A stretch of DNA of 64,000 nt, taken from assembly GCA_030390025.1 (NCBI GenBank), contig CM059439.1, positions 82,460,001-82,524,000 on the forward strand, in the 5' to 3' direction. Source of the DNA: Squalus acanthias. Its lineage: Eukaryota. The translations under genes and the position numbers were made by a program. This document shows positions 23,812-37,326 of the stretch, in pieces. The notes beneath the pieces were generated by a model, which saw nothing but the letters and a program-made list of their open reading frames with translations, was not told where the DNA came from and searched no databases. Each line of letters opens with the position of its first letter. The stretch's first letter is position 1.

Positions 23812-24372
23812 CTACGGAAATCAACGGGAGAGATCAAAGGACAAACTGTTGTCTCTGTGGGGAATGACGGATGGGTTTCAAGTATTCATTATTGGTGTAG
23901 CCTGCAGAATAAAGTGAACATCCCCGAGAGCTAAAGCGAGGCACAAATCAGTTTCTTAACACAAACTTTCCACTGATCCAGTTGAATTACTGAACACTAA
24001 TGTACAATTAGATTTCACACCCCAGCATAAGACAAGGCGTCAACTGCATCCCCACATTCAGAAAATCATACCCGATGAAATCACCCACAAATTTAGTTTA
24101 GATACTTCTTCAATTTGGTATTGAAACAACCCTTCCAATATCCATTATTTTATACATAAACCATCTGTTATCCGCAATTAAATAACTCACTCTCAGATAT
24201 CCATTTAGATCCGAAGATTTATAAATACAAATTTGGGACAGTGCAGCTCTACAACTGGCTGTCATTTTAATATTGAGCCAGCAATCAACTACTACACACG
24301 TAAGCAAAAACAGACAAAAGGAAGTAATATGGTATGCTGTGGCATGGTGTAATGGGTAGAGAAATCACATAC

Positions 24373-24609
24373 TTGGTGAAATTGGCGAGATTCTGGATGA
24401 CTTTGGCGATGAGGGTGAGTGTGCGAGATGTTCGATCATCCGGGTACTCCTGCATCAGGCCAAAGAGGCTGGGCGACATAATGGCAGGGCAGAGGAAACG
24501 CAGGAAGAGTGAGGCACTGATCAGGCGCTCGCTGATATCGTGCTTCCCACGGTTTAAACACTGCTGTTTCCACGAGGCGAAGACTTCTTTTAGCTCCCGC
24601 GGAAACACA
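24373..24609 (-). CDS. RASAL2: RASAL2 coding exon, RasGAP FLR signature (VFPRELKEV...[13 protein letters not shown]...QNLANFT)
   Basis: Acceptor tttctag|T, donor CAA|gtatgt; 237 nt, phase 2 to 2. Confidence 0.97.
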
Positions 24610-25184
24610 CTAGAAAGAAAGCAGGAAAGAAAGATGCTCAAGAGTGGCAGACAAGCCAGTTTTTGATCCACACAGACCTTGACCTTGTAACTCTTGTAAT
24701 TCGTTCAATCCATGACATCCCCATCAGACCAAATTGGTGAATAAGTGGAGCTCAACTCGTCACAAGCATTCTTTTCTGTTTCTTCACATTTTGCCTGTAT
24801 TCCTCCTTTAGTCAGCAGCATGGATGTAGCTGACTTCAAATGGCTTTCTGCCTGAATGTGCCAGGTCTGAGGAAGTGTCTCTTCCAGAGAATTGACCAGT
24901 CTTCCTGCTTCAGATGCTCACTGACCTTTCGGTTTTTACTTTAGATTTGCAGTGTTTATATTTTCTCTTTCTGGGCCTGATCTGATCTGACTGGGATTAC
25001 CATCTAATAATCGCATCAAGTATCCAATATTCTCCATAAAATAATTAATTTTCACAAAACTCTTACTTTACAGTGGGAATGGGGAGGAAGATGGAAGGTA
25101 TTAACTGGAGGGAAAAAATGCAAATTCAACACTGACAGATGACAGGTACGCTAAATGCAGAAAATTACTTCAAAATAAACAAGA

Positions 25185-25432
25185 CAAGGGGACAGGTTCA
25201 AGCTGCTGAATAGAAAATTCAGGATTGAGATCAGGAAGTTTTTCTTCACACAAAAAGAGTGCCCAACATATGCAGTGGATTTCTGGATAGATAAAATTAT
25301 AAAATAAAAACCATGGACTCATTTAAGCACGAACTGCACACTGCAGTGGGGGTACTGGAGGGGTTTTCTACATGGATGAAAAAGGATGGGCTGAATGGCT
25401 TCCCTCATATGCTTCACTATCTTGTGATGTTG
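25185..25432 (+). mobile_element. Old CR1 3' fragment
   Basis: acaaggggacaggttcaagct..ttcttcacaca..gatgggctgaatggct. Confidence 0.55.
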
Positions 25433-25549
25433 TCAATACACCACCTGCATATCCACATGGTTAGGAAATCAGACCTGCTCTTTGAAAAGGTTACAATTAC
25501 TTTTTCAGCTGCAGTTTCCCTCAACCCCTCCCCAAAGATTGTCTCGTAC

Positions 25550-25694
25550 CAGTAGGAGTTGATGATCTTGCAGAACGCCAGTTCACAACACATCTTGAGG
25601 TTACTCTGATGTTCTGGTAGTTCACTGGATGAACACTTACTCTGGTCCACCTCGCAATTTTCATCTGATTCATAAAGCGCCTTTATGAACTCTC
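25550..25694 (-). CDS. RASAL2: RASAL2 coding exon, RasGAP domain ([15 protein letters not shown]...KIINSY)
   Basis: Acceptor cttcag|GA, donor CTG|gtacga; 145 nt, phase 1 to 2. Confidence 0.96.
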
Positions 25695-27111
25695 CTGAAG
25701 CAGGACACAAGCAGGATGAATTGGCAAGTTAATGATGGATAAGACACAAAATAGAATTCAGTTAGTTAAAGGGGAGCTGGCTGGTAACTTTGATGGTACG
25801 AACACTAGATTCTAAACCAAAGTACAGTGACACCCCCGTTTCCTCCTAGAGGATCAAACTCTTGCCTTGATGGACCTCTGCATTCACCAACCATCACTGG
25901 GCATCCCAGTGACTGATGTATCGCTGGGACATTAGCAGAAAAAGTGACAAAACTAACCCCACCCTGCAGCCAACACACCCTTGGCTAATTCAAGAGCCCA
26001 CAACCCAATAGTGCTGCTTTATGAGATGCAAGAGATGCAGCAAGAATCAAAATAATACTTGATATTTTTTAAATATCAAAGACAAAAGCATCTGTTAAAT
26101 CTGTCGTCCACTAGGTTAGAGTTGCATATTGCTGACCAATTGGCTACTTTTGTATCTCATGAGTAGAACTGCCAATGGTCATGTAGACAACAAAGCCACC
26201 ATGTATCATTTAAAACAAAAGTTTATACATCTTATGTTTTCTATGTCACATATTAATTATATTACATTGGACACCTTCTATTGGGTCGCCACAGGAACGC
26301 ACACACAGTGCGTGTCAGTGAGGGGTGGTTCTCTACAAGAGACACACGAACAATGCAGCAGTAAATCAGAGTTCATGGTGTATGAGCTTTGTAGCCAACA
26401 GATACTCCATCTGCTTGTACGAAGGGTTCATGAGGAAGTAAATCAGTTGAATTTATTGGGAAAGAAAAGATTAGGATTTGCATTCCAGGTTTGGGGAAGG
26501 TGGAAGAAAAGAGAGATGAATGTCAGTCCCTTCAATGCCTTGTTGAAAAGCTAATGCTGCAACTGTGCGCTTTGGATGTTTATTCCAACTCAAGTGCCTT
26601 GGTTGTTAATGGAATGTGTAACAAAGTCTGCAGAGCAGGTACACGGTACATCACTGTGAAGTGATACCAGCATCACAGCAACACAGAAGGTGCAGCATAA
26701 CAGCAGATAAACCTGCACGAGTTCAGACCACCTTGAGCAAGTTGTCTCAAGACGTGGGCTTCACATCAGCTGCAGTGGAATTGCAGCCAGTAGAAAGCAC
26801 ACCTCCAATTTTATAACAGTAAAAGGTTTCCAGACAATGCACGGTTGCCTTTACGTTATCAGTGTTCAAGAAGAATGGGCTGTCCTGTTTTCTCTTGACC
26901 AACATTAAGATGTCTTTGGGATTTGTACATTGGTAAACAGACACAGTTCTGCACACACGCTTGGGTACAGGTGTGCAATGCCTTTCTTTGCTCTGATTAA
27001 ACAGGGTGGAGCCAGCGGTATACCTCACACCACTCTATAAGAAGCCACTATTCTCTTACAGTAACTGCACTGCACCACAATCCAGCATACTCAGTCATTA
27101 TTGCATCTTAC

Positions 27112-27256
27112 CTAAGGCATCGTGGAGGTACTTCTGACCGACCAGCTTCAAATACTCCTCTATGGCTTTTGTTGCTAAGGTGTTTTCCCTGAAGAGGAGA
27201 ACATCATGTTCGCCACATCGATCCACCTCAGACATTACCAAGTCCGTAAGGAAATC
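27112..27256 (-). CDS. RASAL2: RASAL2 coding exon, RasGAP domain with arginine finger ([11 protein letters not shown]...[10 protein letters not shown]...HDAL)
   Basis: Acceptor ttcag|GAT, donor TAG|gtaaga; 145 nt, phase 0 to 1. Confidence 0.97.
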
Positions 27257-30193
27257 CTGAAAGGAGAAAGAATTAAAGAGTCTGAATGATGGGTAACAGC
27301 TGATGTTCTGCACTGTAATGAAAAAATGAAGTCTTCACTGACACGAGCATTCACACACAGTTTCAATTCCCAATGATTGTGGGCAATCTGTGGAAGCAAC
27401 TTGGCGCAGCATAATAACAGCCATTACAGTGACGGGAGCTTGTGCACCAAAACCAAATATTGCCACTGTGATCTTGGCAATTATCATACTGGAGAGCTTC
27501 TGATGATGTGACCCTCATATATGTAGTGTCCAACACTTAAAATTAGCCAACAATCTGATCAGTAATAAGAATTGAAGTCAAATGTATGTATTGTATATAT
27601 AACCCCGATATAAGCATATTCCCAGCATTGCCCTGACACTCCCGTTATTACATGGTCCAACCTTTGCTTGCTGCACTGGGTCATATTAAAACAAATGCTC
27701 ACTTTAATATTATGCACTGAGTGACCAGATGTCAGTCAGCAGATAGAAGAAGTTTACTCCATTCATTCAATCAGAAGAAGCAACGTGACAACACCCATCC
27801 TTGGATCCCCCCTTCATACCCAGCCGGACAGCTCCAACCAGACACCACACAGACTATGCTGAAACTTGTAAAAATATAATGAAGATGGAGTCTCAGCATC
27901 AGGAGCACCCTGGAAAAAATAATCAAACAGTTCCAAGGTATCATGACCAACATTAATCTTCCTTGTCTTTTGTGCTGTCTGTGTTGGTTAATGAGCTAGT
28001 GCGGACAATTTTATTGCAGGTACCAGCTTGAATGAGTTACTGAGGCTGACAGTGTGGTGCAGCCAAATTATCAGTAGAGATATAGTTAATAACCTGAGAA
28101 TGCTTCAGTATTAACTAAGTTAACATAGCTCAATCACAGTGCCAAGCAGACGAACATTTCCAACAGGCATCAGTTAAACAAGAAGACCAAATGACACCAA
28201 AGCAAAAAAGATGTTAACAAATGAGTTAGCAAAAGATTGATTAAAAAAAAATAAACAGAGGCAGCATGGTAGCACAATGCAGACAAGCACCAACACGCAG
28301 TGTCACAAAGTGGTGGGACGTCCCTTCCACACTGCTCAGTTGATGTGAGACAGCACCCAGCAGAAAGCTCGACGTGGGAGGGGCAACACTGGTCAGTTTC
28401 ATCATCTGGCTGTTCTGGCTCGCACCCACCTCCCAGCACTGAGCCCAGGAAGAGGCCTCAATGCAGCTCAACCATCTGCCCTTGGTGCCACAGGAATCCA
28501 ACTGATGAGATTTAACTGCAGGTTATTCATTCTTACCCTGTGTTTACATGCATTGTGATGGTGTTCATTTTCTGAGGCAACACGGTGGGACATCGGGCCC
28601 CCCCTCCCAGAGGTTCAGAAGTTCAAAAACAGGGAGTCACTGGAGAAATGTAAAGTTAACCCACGAGAACTACTGCAACGAGTTACTTCTGTCAGAAGTC
28701 ACAGGAGTGGTTTAGGAGGATTAAACTCCCAAATTCCCATTAACTTAATCCCTGCAAAGAGGACGAAGATATTTCACTTAAAGCAGTGTGCTCACAGCCT
28801 CAAATCTTTATGATGGATAACAGTTCCAGCCATTTGGCCTTTATGGGAGTTTTTTTTACTGCTCTTTATTCAGAGAACAGAACACATTGCAGTGCTGTTA
28901 AATGGAAACCAGCCAGGGGAAAAGATGAAGTGGCAGAGCATCTGGGACAACAGTGCCTCGCGGGTAATCTGCTGACGTGAGTCCATGTGTGCTTAATGTA
29001 CGACATAAAAGGTCACTAACGGCAGCAGCATTTGCAAACCTGAGCAGAGACCGTTACTTCCAGGCACCTTATTTTTAATTCTTTAAAGTCATTTAAAAAA
29101 ATAAATATCTGCCATATATTTAAGTTTGCAGCAATACATTCTGGTCATTATAGCACAATACAGAAACATACATTATAAAAGGATAAAGTAGAGGGTTACA
29201 CTAGGGTGCCACATATTGGTGCACAAGAGAATGTCAAAATGTGCTATTACTGACCAGAACACTATCTGGTGAGTCCTGCTGGAAATTGCACATGTGTGGA
29301 TACGTGGATGTCAGACGAGGTCAGGACATGGGCTCGGCTGTGATGGCTACTCACAGCTGAACAACACACTGACCTCAGCATTTCGGCTCACACGTGAAGA
29401 ACCACCACTTTGCTGAGGTACTGAGTGAAGTCGGCACCTATAGGACTAGATCCCAGGATCAGTCAGCGCAGGGTGGGGAGCACGACAAAGAGAAAATGTG
29501 GAGGAATTCCAAGATATCAAGTGTACTCCAAAGTCCATCAATCTCTATAACTCACCTCAACACAACATAACAACCATTACCTAACCTGCTGTGAAAGATC
29601 ATCTCCACAACCATAACTCCAAGCCGGGTAGTGGTTCAGGTGCAGTTGGCCCCACCCATGTCCTGCACTCCGCATATGTACAAGCACCTTGGTCATGTTA
29701 TTCAACACACAATTACGCAAACCTCCAAATTTTTGTGTGAAGTTTTAACCAAGTATAAAATTACACTACTTTATGGTAGTTTGTATCAAACTTTAAAAAT
29801 TCTAATTTACTGTACATCATTAAAAGTGAAATTGCAATATTCAACATCATAACAGGAGAGTTCTTCTTATTTGCCCAGATTTCTTCCCTCATTCTGCTTG
29901 GTCTCCTGAAGACATTCACTCTTGCTGGGGTTTGGCTGCCTCAAGTAGGAATTCTTCATGTGTGAACCTTGCTTTTAAGTATTGGCCAATCATTTGAAAG
30001 GGCAGGCATCACCACTGAGTCCGGGAATAGCCAAACACACAAATTCCAGCTGAAGTCCTTGGGATAGCAATCAGAAACAGGAAGCCTAACTCATTTTATC
30101 ATTTTACACCTCCCTCGCCCACTGGGGCTAACTGTAGCACTCAGAACAGACCAGGGTCAAACCTGCAATCCTTCAGGACTATAAAAAGAAAAA

Positions 30194-30350
30194 ATGGACT
30201 TGCATTTATATAGCGCCTTTCACGGCCTCAAGACATCCCAAAGTGCTTTACAGTCAATGAAGTATTTTTTGAAGTGTCGTCACTGTTGTAATGTAGGAAA
30301 CGCAGCAGCCGATTTGTGCACAGCAAGGTCCCACAAACAGCAATGTGATA
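30194..30350 (-). mobile_element. Deu-domain SINE (SacSINE1/AmnSINE1-like), 3' part, split by a CR1 insertion
   Basis: L2-like tail acttgcatttatatagcgcc; collinear with the copy at 47452-47865. Confidence 0.75.
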
Positions 30351-32707
30351 ATACAATCCTAGAACGGTTACAGCATAGGAGGAGGCCATTCAGCCCGTGC
30401 CGGCTCTCTGTAAGAGCACGTCAGCTAATCCCACTCCCCCACCCTTTCCCTGTAGCCCTGCAATTTTTTTTCCTTCAGGTACTTATCCAATTTCCTTTTG
30501 AAAGCCACGATTGAATCTGCCTCCACCACCCTTTCAGGCAGTGCATTCCAGATCCTAACCACTCACTGCGTAAAAAGTTTTTCCTCATGTCGCCTTTGGT
30601 TCTTCTGCCTTAAGTCTGTGTCCTCTGGTTCTCGACCCTTCTGCCAATGGGATCAGTTTCTCTCTATCTACTCTGTCTAGACCCCTTATGATTTTGAACA
30701 CCTCTATCAAATCTCCTCTCAACCTTCTCTGCTCTAAGGAGAACAACCCCAGCTTCTCCAGTCTATCCATGTAACTGAAGTCCCTCATCCCTGGAACCAT
30801 TCTTGTAAATCTTTTCTGCACCCTCTCCAAGGCCTTCACATCCTTCCTAAAGTGCGGTGCCCAGAATTGGACGCACTACTCCAGTTAAGGCCGAACCAGT
30901 GTTTTATAAAGGTTCATCATAACTTCCTTGCTTTTGTACTCTATGCCTCTATTTATGAAGCACAGGATCCCGTATGCTTTTTTAACCGCTTTCTCAACCT
31001 GGCCTGCCACCTTCAATGATTTGTGCACATATACCCCCGGGTCTCTCTGTTCATGCACAACCTTTAGAATTGTACCTTTTAGTTTATATTGCCTCTCCTC
31101 GTTGATCACTTCGCACTTTTCTGCGTTAAATTTCATCTGCCACGTGTCCGCCCATTCCACCAGCCTGTCTATGTCCCCTTGAAGTCTATCACTATCCTCC
31201 TCACTGTTCACTATACTTCCAAGTTTTGTGTCATCTGCAAATTTTGAAATTGTGCCCTATACACGCAAGCCCAAATCATTAATATATAGCAAGAAAAGCA
31301 GTGGTGCTTAGTACCGACCCCTGGGGAACACCATTGTATACCTTCCTCCAGTCCAAAAAACAACCGTTCACCACTACTCTCTGTTTCCTGTCACTTAGCC
31401 AATTTTGTATTCATGCTGCCACTGTCCCTTTTATTCCATGGGCTTCAACTTTGCTGGCAAGCCTATTATGTGGCACTTTAGCAAACGCCTTTTGGAAGTC
31501 CATGTACACCACATGAACTGCATTGCCCTCATCAACCCTTTCTGTTAGCTCATCAAAAAACTCGATCAAGTTAGTTAAACATAATTTGCCTTTAACAAAT
31601 CCATGCTGACTTTCCTTAATTAATCCACTCTTGTCCAAGTGACTGTTAATTTTGTCCCAGATTATAGTTTCTAAAAGCTTCCCCACTACCGAGGTTAAAG
31701 TGACTGGTCTGTAGTTGCTGGGTTTATCCTTACACCCTTTCTTGATCAAGGGTGTAACATTTGCAATTCTCCAGTCCTCTGGAACCACCCCCGTATCTAA
31801 GGAAGATTAGAAGATTATGGCCAATACCTCCGCAATTTCCACTTTTACTTCCCTCAACATCCAAGGATGCATCCCATCTGGTCCTGGTGACATATCTACT
31901 TAAAGTACAACCAGCCTTTCTAGTACCTCCTATATATGCCAATAGAAGACTTTTGGATTCCCTTTTATGTTAGCTGCCAATCTATTCTCTTATTCTCTCT
32001 TTGCCCCTCTTATTTTCTTTTTCACTTCCCCTCTGAACTTTCTATATTCAGCCTGGTTCTCACTTGTATTCTCAACCTGACATCTGTCATACGCCCCCTT
32101 TTTCTGCTTCATCTTACTCTCTATATCTTTCATCATCCAGGGAGCTCTGACTTTGGTTGCCCTACCTTTCCCCCTCATGGGAATGTACCTTGACTGTAAC
32201 CGAACCATCTCCTCTTTAAAGGCAGCCCATTGTTCAATCACAGTTTTGCCTGCCAATCTTTGATTCCAATTTATCCAGGCCAGATCCATTCTCAACCCAC
32301 TGAAATTGGCCTTCCTCCAATTAAGTATTTTGACTCTAGATTGCTCCCTGTCCTTTTCCATAGCTAATCTAAACCTTATGATCACTGTTCCCTAAATGTT
32401 CCCCTACTGACACTTGCTGTACTTGACCCACCTCATTCCCCAGAACCAGATCCAGCAATGCCTCCTTTCTTGTTGGGCCGGAAATGTACTGATCAAGAAA
32501 GTTCTCCTGAACACACCTCAGAAATTCTTGCCCCTCTCTGCCCTTTACACTATTACTATCCCAGTCTGTATTAGGATAGTTGACGTCCCCATTACCACTA
32601 CTTGCACCTCTCTCTAATTTCCCTGCAAATTTGCTCCTCTAAATCCTTCCCACAAGTTGGTGGCCTATAGAATACACCTAGTAGTGTAATGGTACCTCTA
32701 TTGTTTT
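30351..32707 (-). mobile_element. 5'-truncated CR1 LINE with internal deletions (second subfamily)
   Basis: ORFs with WRIANVTP, NYRPVTLTS, YMDFQKAF, LERVQKRFTRM. Confidence 0.94.
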
Positions 32708-32711
32708 TTTA

Positions 32712-32946
32712 AAATGACCAGATAATCTGGTTTAGTGATGTTGCTTGAGAGATAAATATTGGCCGGGACACCGGGGAGAATGCCCCATCTCTTCTAAATC
32801 GTGCCATGGTACTTTTACGTCCACCTGAAAGGGCAGATGGGGCCTCGGTTCAACATCTCATCTGAAAGACGGCACCTCCGACAGTACAGTACTCCCTCAG
32901 TACTGCACTGGAGTGTCAGCCTAGATTATGTGCTCAGGTCTCTGGA
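32712..32946 (-). mobile_element. Deu-domain SINE, 5' continuation
   Basis: ggggcctcggttcaacatctcatctgaaagacggcacctccgacagt matches the Deu core as recalled; continues 30194-30350. Confidence 0.75.
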
Positions 32947-34409
32947 AACAGTATCACACAGGATATGCATGTACCCACTGAGCCATTGCTGCAGACAGGA
33001 TGATTGCTCTCGCTGACCGGTTACCAAAGAGTCAGATATACAGTCTGAGTGCACACGGTCCGTCACTGCCACCTGACAGTTGCCTGACCTGGGGCTAGGC
33101 GCCGAAACACAGCTGCAATAGAGTTTCCATTGTAATTACTCATTCCACTTAATGATGAACACAGTAGCTGTGACCTTATTCTGGTAAAGGTTCTTTATCT
33201 TCTGGGTTTTAACAAGAATTTTCTCTTGCAGACAGGAGCAGCAACAATTGTTAATAATTAGCCTGTTCTTTTCCCATGGGGAAAGAGAACGAGAAGAGAT
33301 TTAAAACCTAGCAAGAATCACAAATCTCAAACTCTGCAACATATAAACCCAAGTTACAAATTAAACAATAAACAATTCTAAAAAAGGGAGCGGAGGAGAA
33401 AATACACTGGATTCCCGTGCCAGGAATCACTTCAATCGCTGTATTTTATGGGTACCACTAGTAAAGGTGGTCCATTGGGAACCAGCATTAATAACATGGA
33501 TTCTGCTGCAACTGGTCTTTGAAGTCAAAGGGAGTTTCATTCCTGATTTAAACAGCACCAGCAGGATCTCTTGAATCTGATGATTTTAGCTAAGTCAAGC
33601 TGTGCTCAACAGCAAGGGGTTCCAAAATAACTATTCGGATGGCTTTAAAAGCTTGTTTTTCTAAAAATTAAAAATAAACTTTTGTTCCGAACGAAGTGGA
33701 GAATGTCCATATTGAGCAATTGAAGCCTTTCTGCATTGGGCATCCTGCACCAGAATTAAACATTTCCAGGCATAACAAATATAGACTCTCCCTTCCCAAC
33801 AATCTGGTTCAACTGCAACCTAAGAGCAAGCCTGCTGCACTTGGAGACATTTTCCCCACCACTCTCCCCAGCTATTCTTTATCAGTGAGCCTTAATAGTA
33901 ATTATCAGCTGACTATTCAACCATGGTGGGCTCACCCAATGTCTATTATAAGTGAACTTTTTTCAGCAGGTTACAGGTCAGCAATCACTGGCTGATTTGT
34001 TTCCCCTCCCGAGCATAGTGATAGTAGGCCAATACTTTATCACATTGAAATGTTTCAGAAGTACTTTACACAATAAATTTACTATTAAAAAGTGTAGTGA
34101 CTGCTATTATGTAACCGGCATTGAAAAGGAGCAGCTCATGTATTTATTTTTTGCTGATTTGTTGGGGGAGGAAGGTTGACGAGGACATCAAAAGAAAGGC
34201 CTGCTCTTCTTTGAATAGTGCCATCGGATCGTTAACGTTCACTTCAAATCACAGAAATAAGCAACCCAAGACAGAAATTGAACATCTCATCTGAAGGATG
34301 GAAACTCTGACAATGGAGCATTCCCTCGGTATGGCACTGGAGGGCTGACCCGGACTTGAGTGGCATCAACTGAACCAAGCTGGCAATAGATTAGCTCATT
34401 AAGTACAGA

Positions 34410-34860
34410 CGAGCCTGCAATCTCAAATGGAGATGAAAAATCCCATGGCAATATTCGAAGAGGCGCGGCGTTCCCCCCGGTGTCCTGGCCAACATTTATC
34501 CCTCAACCAACATCACCAAAAACAGATTATCTGGTCATATATTTCATCGCTGTTTGTGGGACCTTGCTTTGCGCAGATTAGCTGCCGCATTTGCCAACAT
34601 TACAACAGTCACTATCAACGTTCCCGCTAAGCTGCAGCGGTCTGGAGGTCCCACGCAGGCTGTTCACCAGTATTTCAATGGAAATAATCGCACGTCTGCG
34701 AAAAATTGAATGGGCCGCGCAGCCAGTTAAAGGGCCTGCGCACCAAAATAAAACTACAGGGAACGTTGGTCACTACAGTTCAAAGGTCCTTCATTGGCTA
34801 TGATAGGTTATGGGATTTCTTGAGAATGTGAAAGGTACTATATAAATGCAAATTCTTGCT
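34410..34860 (+). mobile_element. Deu-domain SINE, partial, interrupted by a MITE
   Basis: Reverse-similar to 30194-30350 plus 32712-32820; tail tatataaatgcaa. Confidence 0.7.
34616..34768. mobile_element. Small hAT-like MITE
   Basis: TIRs caacgttccc / gggaacgttg; 8-bp TSD gtcactat / gtcactac. Confidence 0.85.
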
Positions 34861-34964
34861 TTTCTTTATCTGCCTGATCTGTGTAGCTCAGCACCACACC
34901 ATGTGGTGCACTTAGCCACTGAGGTTGGGTTTTACAGTGTTAAGAGTTTCTGCGTTATAAATGT

Positions 34965-35420
34965 TTTTTTTAAAATTCATTCTTGGGATGTGGGCGTCGC
35001 TAACAAGGCTGGTATTTACTGCCCATCCCCAGTTGCTCTGAGAAGGTGGTGGTGCAGTCCGTGTGGTGATTCCTTTTTTTCTTTGTATCAGTTTGATGCA
35101 ACTGAGTGGCTTGCTGGGCTACTTCAGAGGGCAGCTAACATGTTGGTGTGGGACTGGAGTCATAACAGGCCAAACCAGGTAAGGACGGCAGATTTCCTTC
35201 CCAAAAAGACAGCAGTGAACCAGCTGGGTTTTTGCAACAATCGGACAGCTTTCATGGTCACCTTTACTGATAGCAATTTTTTTTTTTTTTGCAGGTTCTT
35301 TTTAAACTGAATTCCAATTTTTAAACTGCCATTGTGGGATTTGAACTCACGATCTTTGGATAATTAGTGCAGACCTCTGGATAATTAGTCCAGGAACATA
35401 ACCACTAAACTTCCGTACCC
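34965..35420 (-). mobile_element. tRNA-headed SINE-like element
   Basis: Reverse-similar to 36275-36567 and 63238-63545; B-box-like gagttcaaatccc. Confidence 0.7.
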
Positions 35421-36274
35421 CAGATTACACTTCAATTTAAGTTACAACTGACTTGTGGATTCCATCACTTGGTGAAAGTGGACAAATCTTCCATTCCACA
35501 GCTGGGAATTTAATTATTTGCCTCAATAAACAATTAAATCAAAGAAAAAGATTGGACAGTACAGAAAATGATGAACTGCAGCAGTGCCCGAGAGGGCCTG
35601 TGTTCCAATTCCTATCAACTTTCACTTTTGGGCTTTCTCAGGATGCAGAGTTGCTTCAGGCTCAGGCACCAAGTGGAAGCAAAATGCTAAGCTAATAGAC
35701 AAAGGGGTTGAGAGGCATGAACCAGCATCTGTCGCACTTCAAGACAGAGACTGTGGAACTAGTGGTCAGCATTCACCTGACAGCTAGGATGTGTCCTTCA
35801 AGGCTACATTGGGAAAAGTTAAGATACATTAAAAAAAAATGAAGAAGTACAGGAGCACATCATATTTGAATCCAATAACAATATTCATCCATTTGAAAAT
35901 TTGTGACAGATTTACTTCAGAAAAACAGGAACGAATGCATGGTATATACAAATGAAGTAAATGGTTTCTAACATCCAAACTCAGGGTTTCAGCTGTCAGT
36001 TTGCAGACAGGGTAAGCATTGAACAGCCCCCTAGAAAGTGGCAATTTTTGCATGGACTTTAAACAGTCACCACATCCCTTTAAAGGACTCAACTACTTAA
36101 AGTAAAGCCAGTGGAATAAACATTAACACATTACAAAACAGCACAGAAGGATTTTACATTGGGTTTAAATTTGCTGATGAACTGTGTCAGTATTTTTTTT
36201 TTTAAATTGTAGCTCTTAAAAAATATATAAATACACAAGCAAGATAAAAATAAGATTACAACAGTGTGGGTATG

Positions 36275-36567
36275 GTAGATTTGCAGTTATGATACTGGAC
36301 TAGCAACCTAGAGCTCACGAGTTCAAATCCCATAATGGCAAGTTGTGAAGCTGCAAATAACCATGAAGCTGCTGAATGGATGTAAAGACCCAAGTGGTTT
36401 TTACTACTGTCCTTCAGGGAAGGGAGACTGTCCTTCCTACCCATTCTGGTCTGCACACGACTCCAGTCCAACACTACGTGGTTGACTCTTGGTGGCCTCC
36501 GCACAAACAGGGATGGGCAATAAATACGGCCTTGCCAGAGTCACCACATCCCGAGAGCAAGTTAAAG
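36275..36567 (+). mobile_element. tRNA-headed SINE-like element
   Basis: gagttcaaatcccataatggcaagttgtgaa..ttcagggaaggg..gggcaataaat..cacatccc. Confidence 0.7.
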
Positions 36568-36771
36568 ATATATTTGCACGGAGTAAATACCAGATTCACC
36601 AAACTTGGCGATCCTCAGCCAGCTGTATGCATGTGAAATGCAACATGCTTGGCAATATTCTTCAGATCTCAGCTCTTACACTTCAAACAGACACAGTAAT
36701 CACAGGTTTAGTTTACTATCACACAAAAATGACGTGAAGGTGGTCACCGCAGTGGCCATTTCTGTGCCTAC

Positions 36772-37326
36772 CTTTGCTCGACCAGTGCTCTGCAGTATGT
36801 GAACGAGTGCACACGCCATTTCTTCCTTGTTCTTCACACTGATGACCGGCTCCAGCACAGAGCACAACATGGTGTAGTTGTTGGTGACGAACTCTGCAAA
36901 CTCCTTGTACTGCTCCATAGGAAGGATGGCAATTGTCTGATAGCGGCACTTGATGCGGATGTAAGGGCCTCCACCTTTGCCCTTGTTGGGGTTCGGTGTG
37001 CTGACAGGGTACCATTTCTCTATAAACTGTCGTCCAGTGACGCTGGTGATCGGAATATTAACCAGTCCCACATAATTATTCTTATCTTTCTTTTTCTTCT
37101 TATCCATGTCCTTGTAAATATGCACTGTGATGTTCCTGACCATCGGCAGAGTGTAAAACTCAAAGTGCTCACCCCAGAACAGGTTATCTGCTTTCATTTT
37201 ACTGGTAGTTCGTGCATATAGCGTGTCATCTAGACACAGTTCACAAAAGTACCTTTTTTTAGGGGCTAAGTCTTTTGCTTCAATAATCCAGAGACGGAGT
37301 ACATTTTCTGCACGGCGACAATTATC
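36772..37326 (-). CDS. RASAL2: RASAL2 coding exon, C2 domain and start of GAP domain ([18 protein letters not shown]...QSTGRAK)
   Basis: Acceptor acag|GAT, donor AAG|gtaggc; 555 nt, phase 0 to 0; overlaps ORF 36700..37197. Confidence 0.97.
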
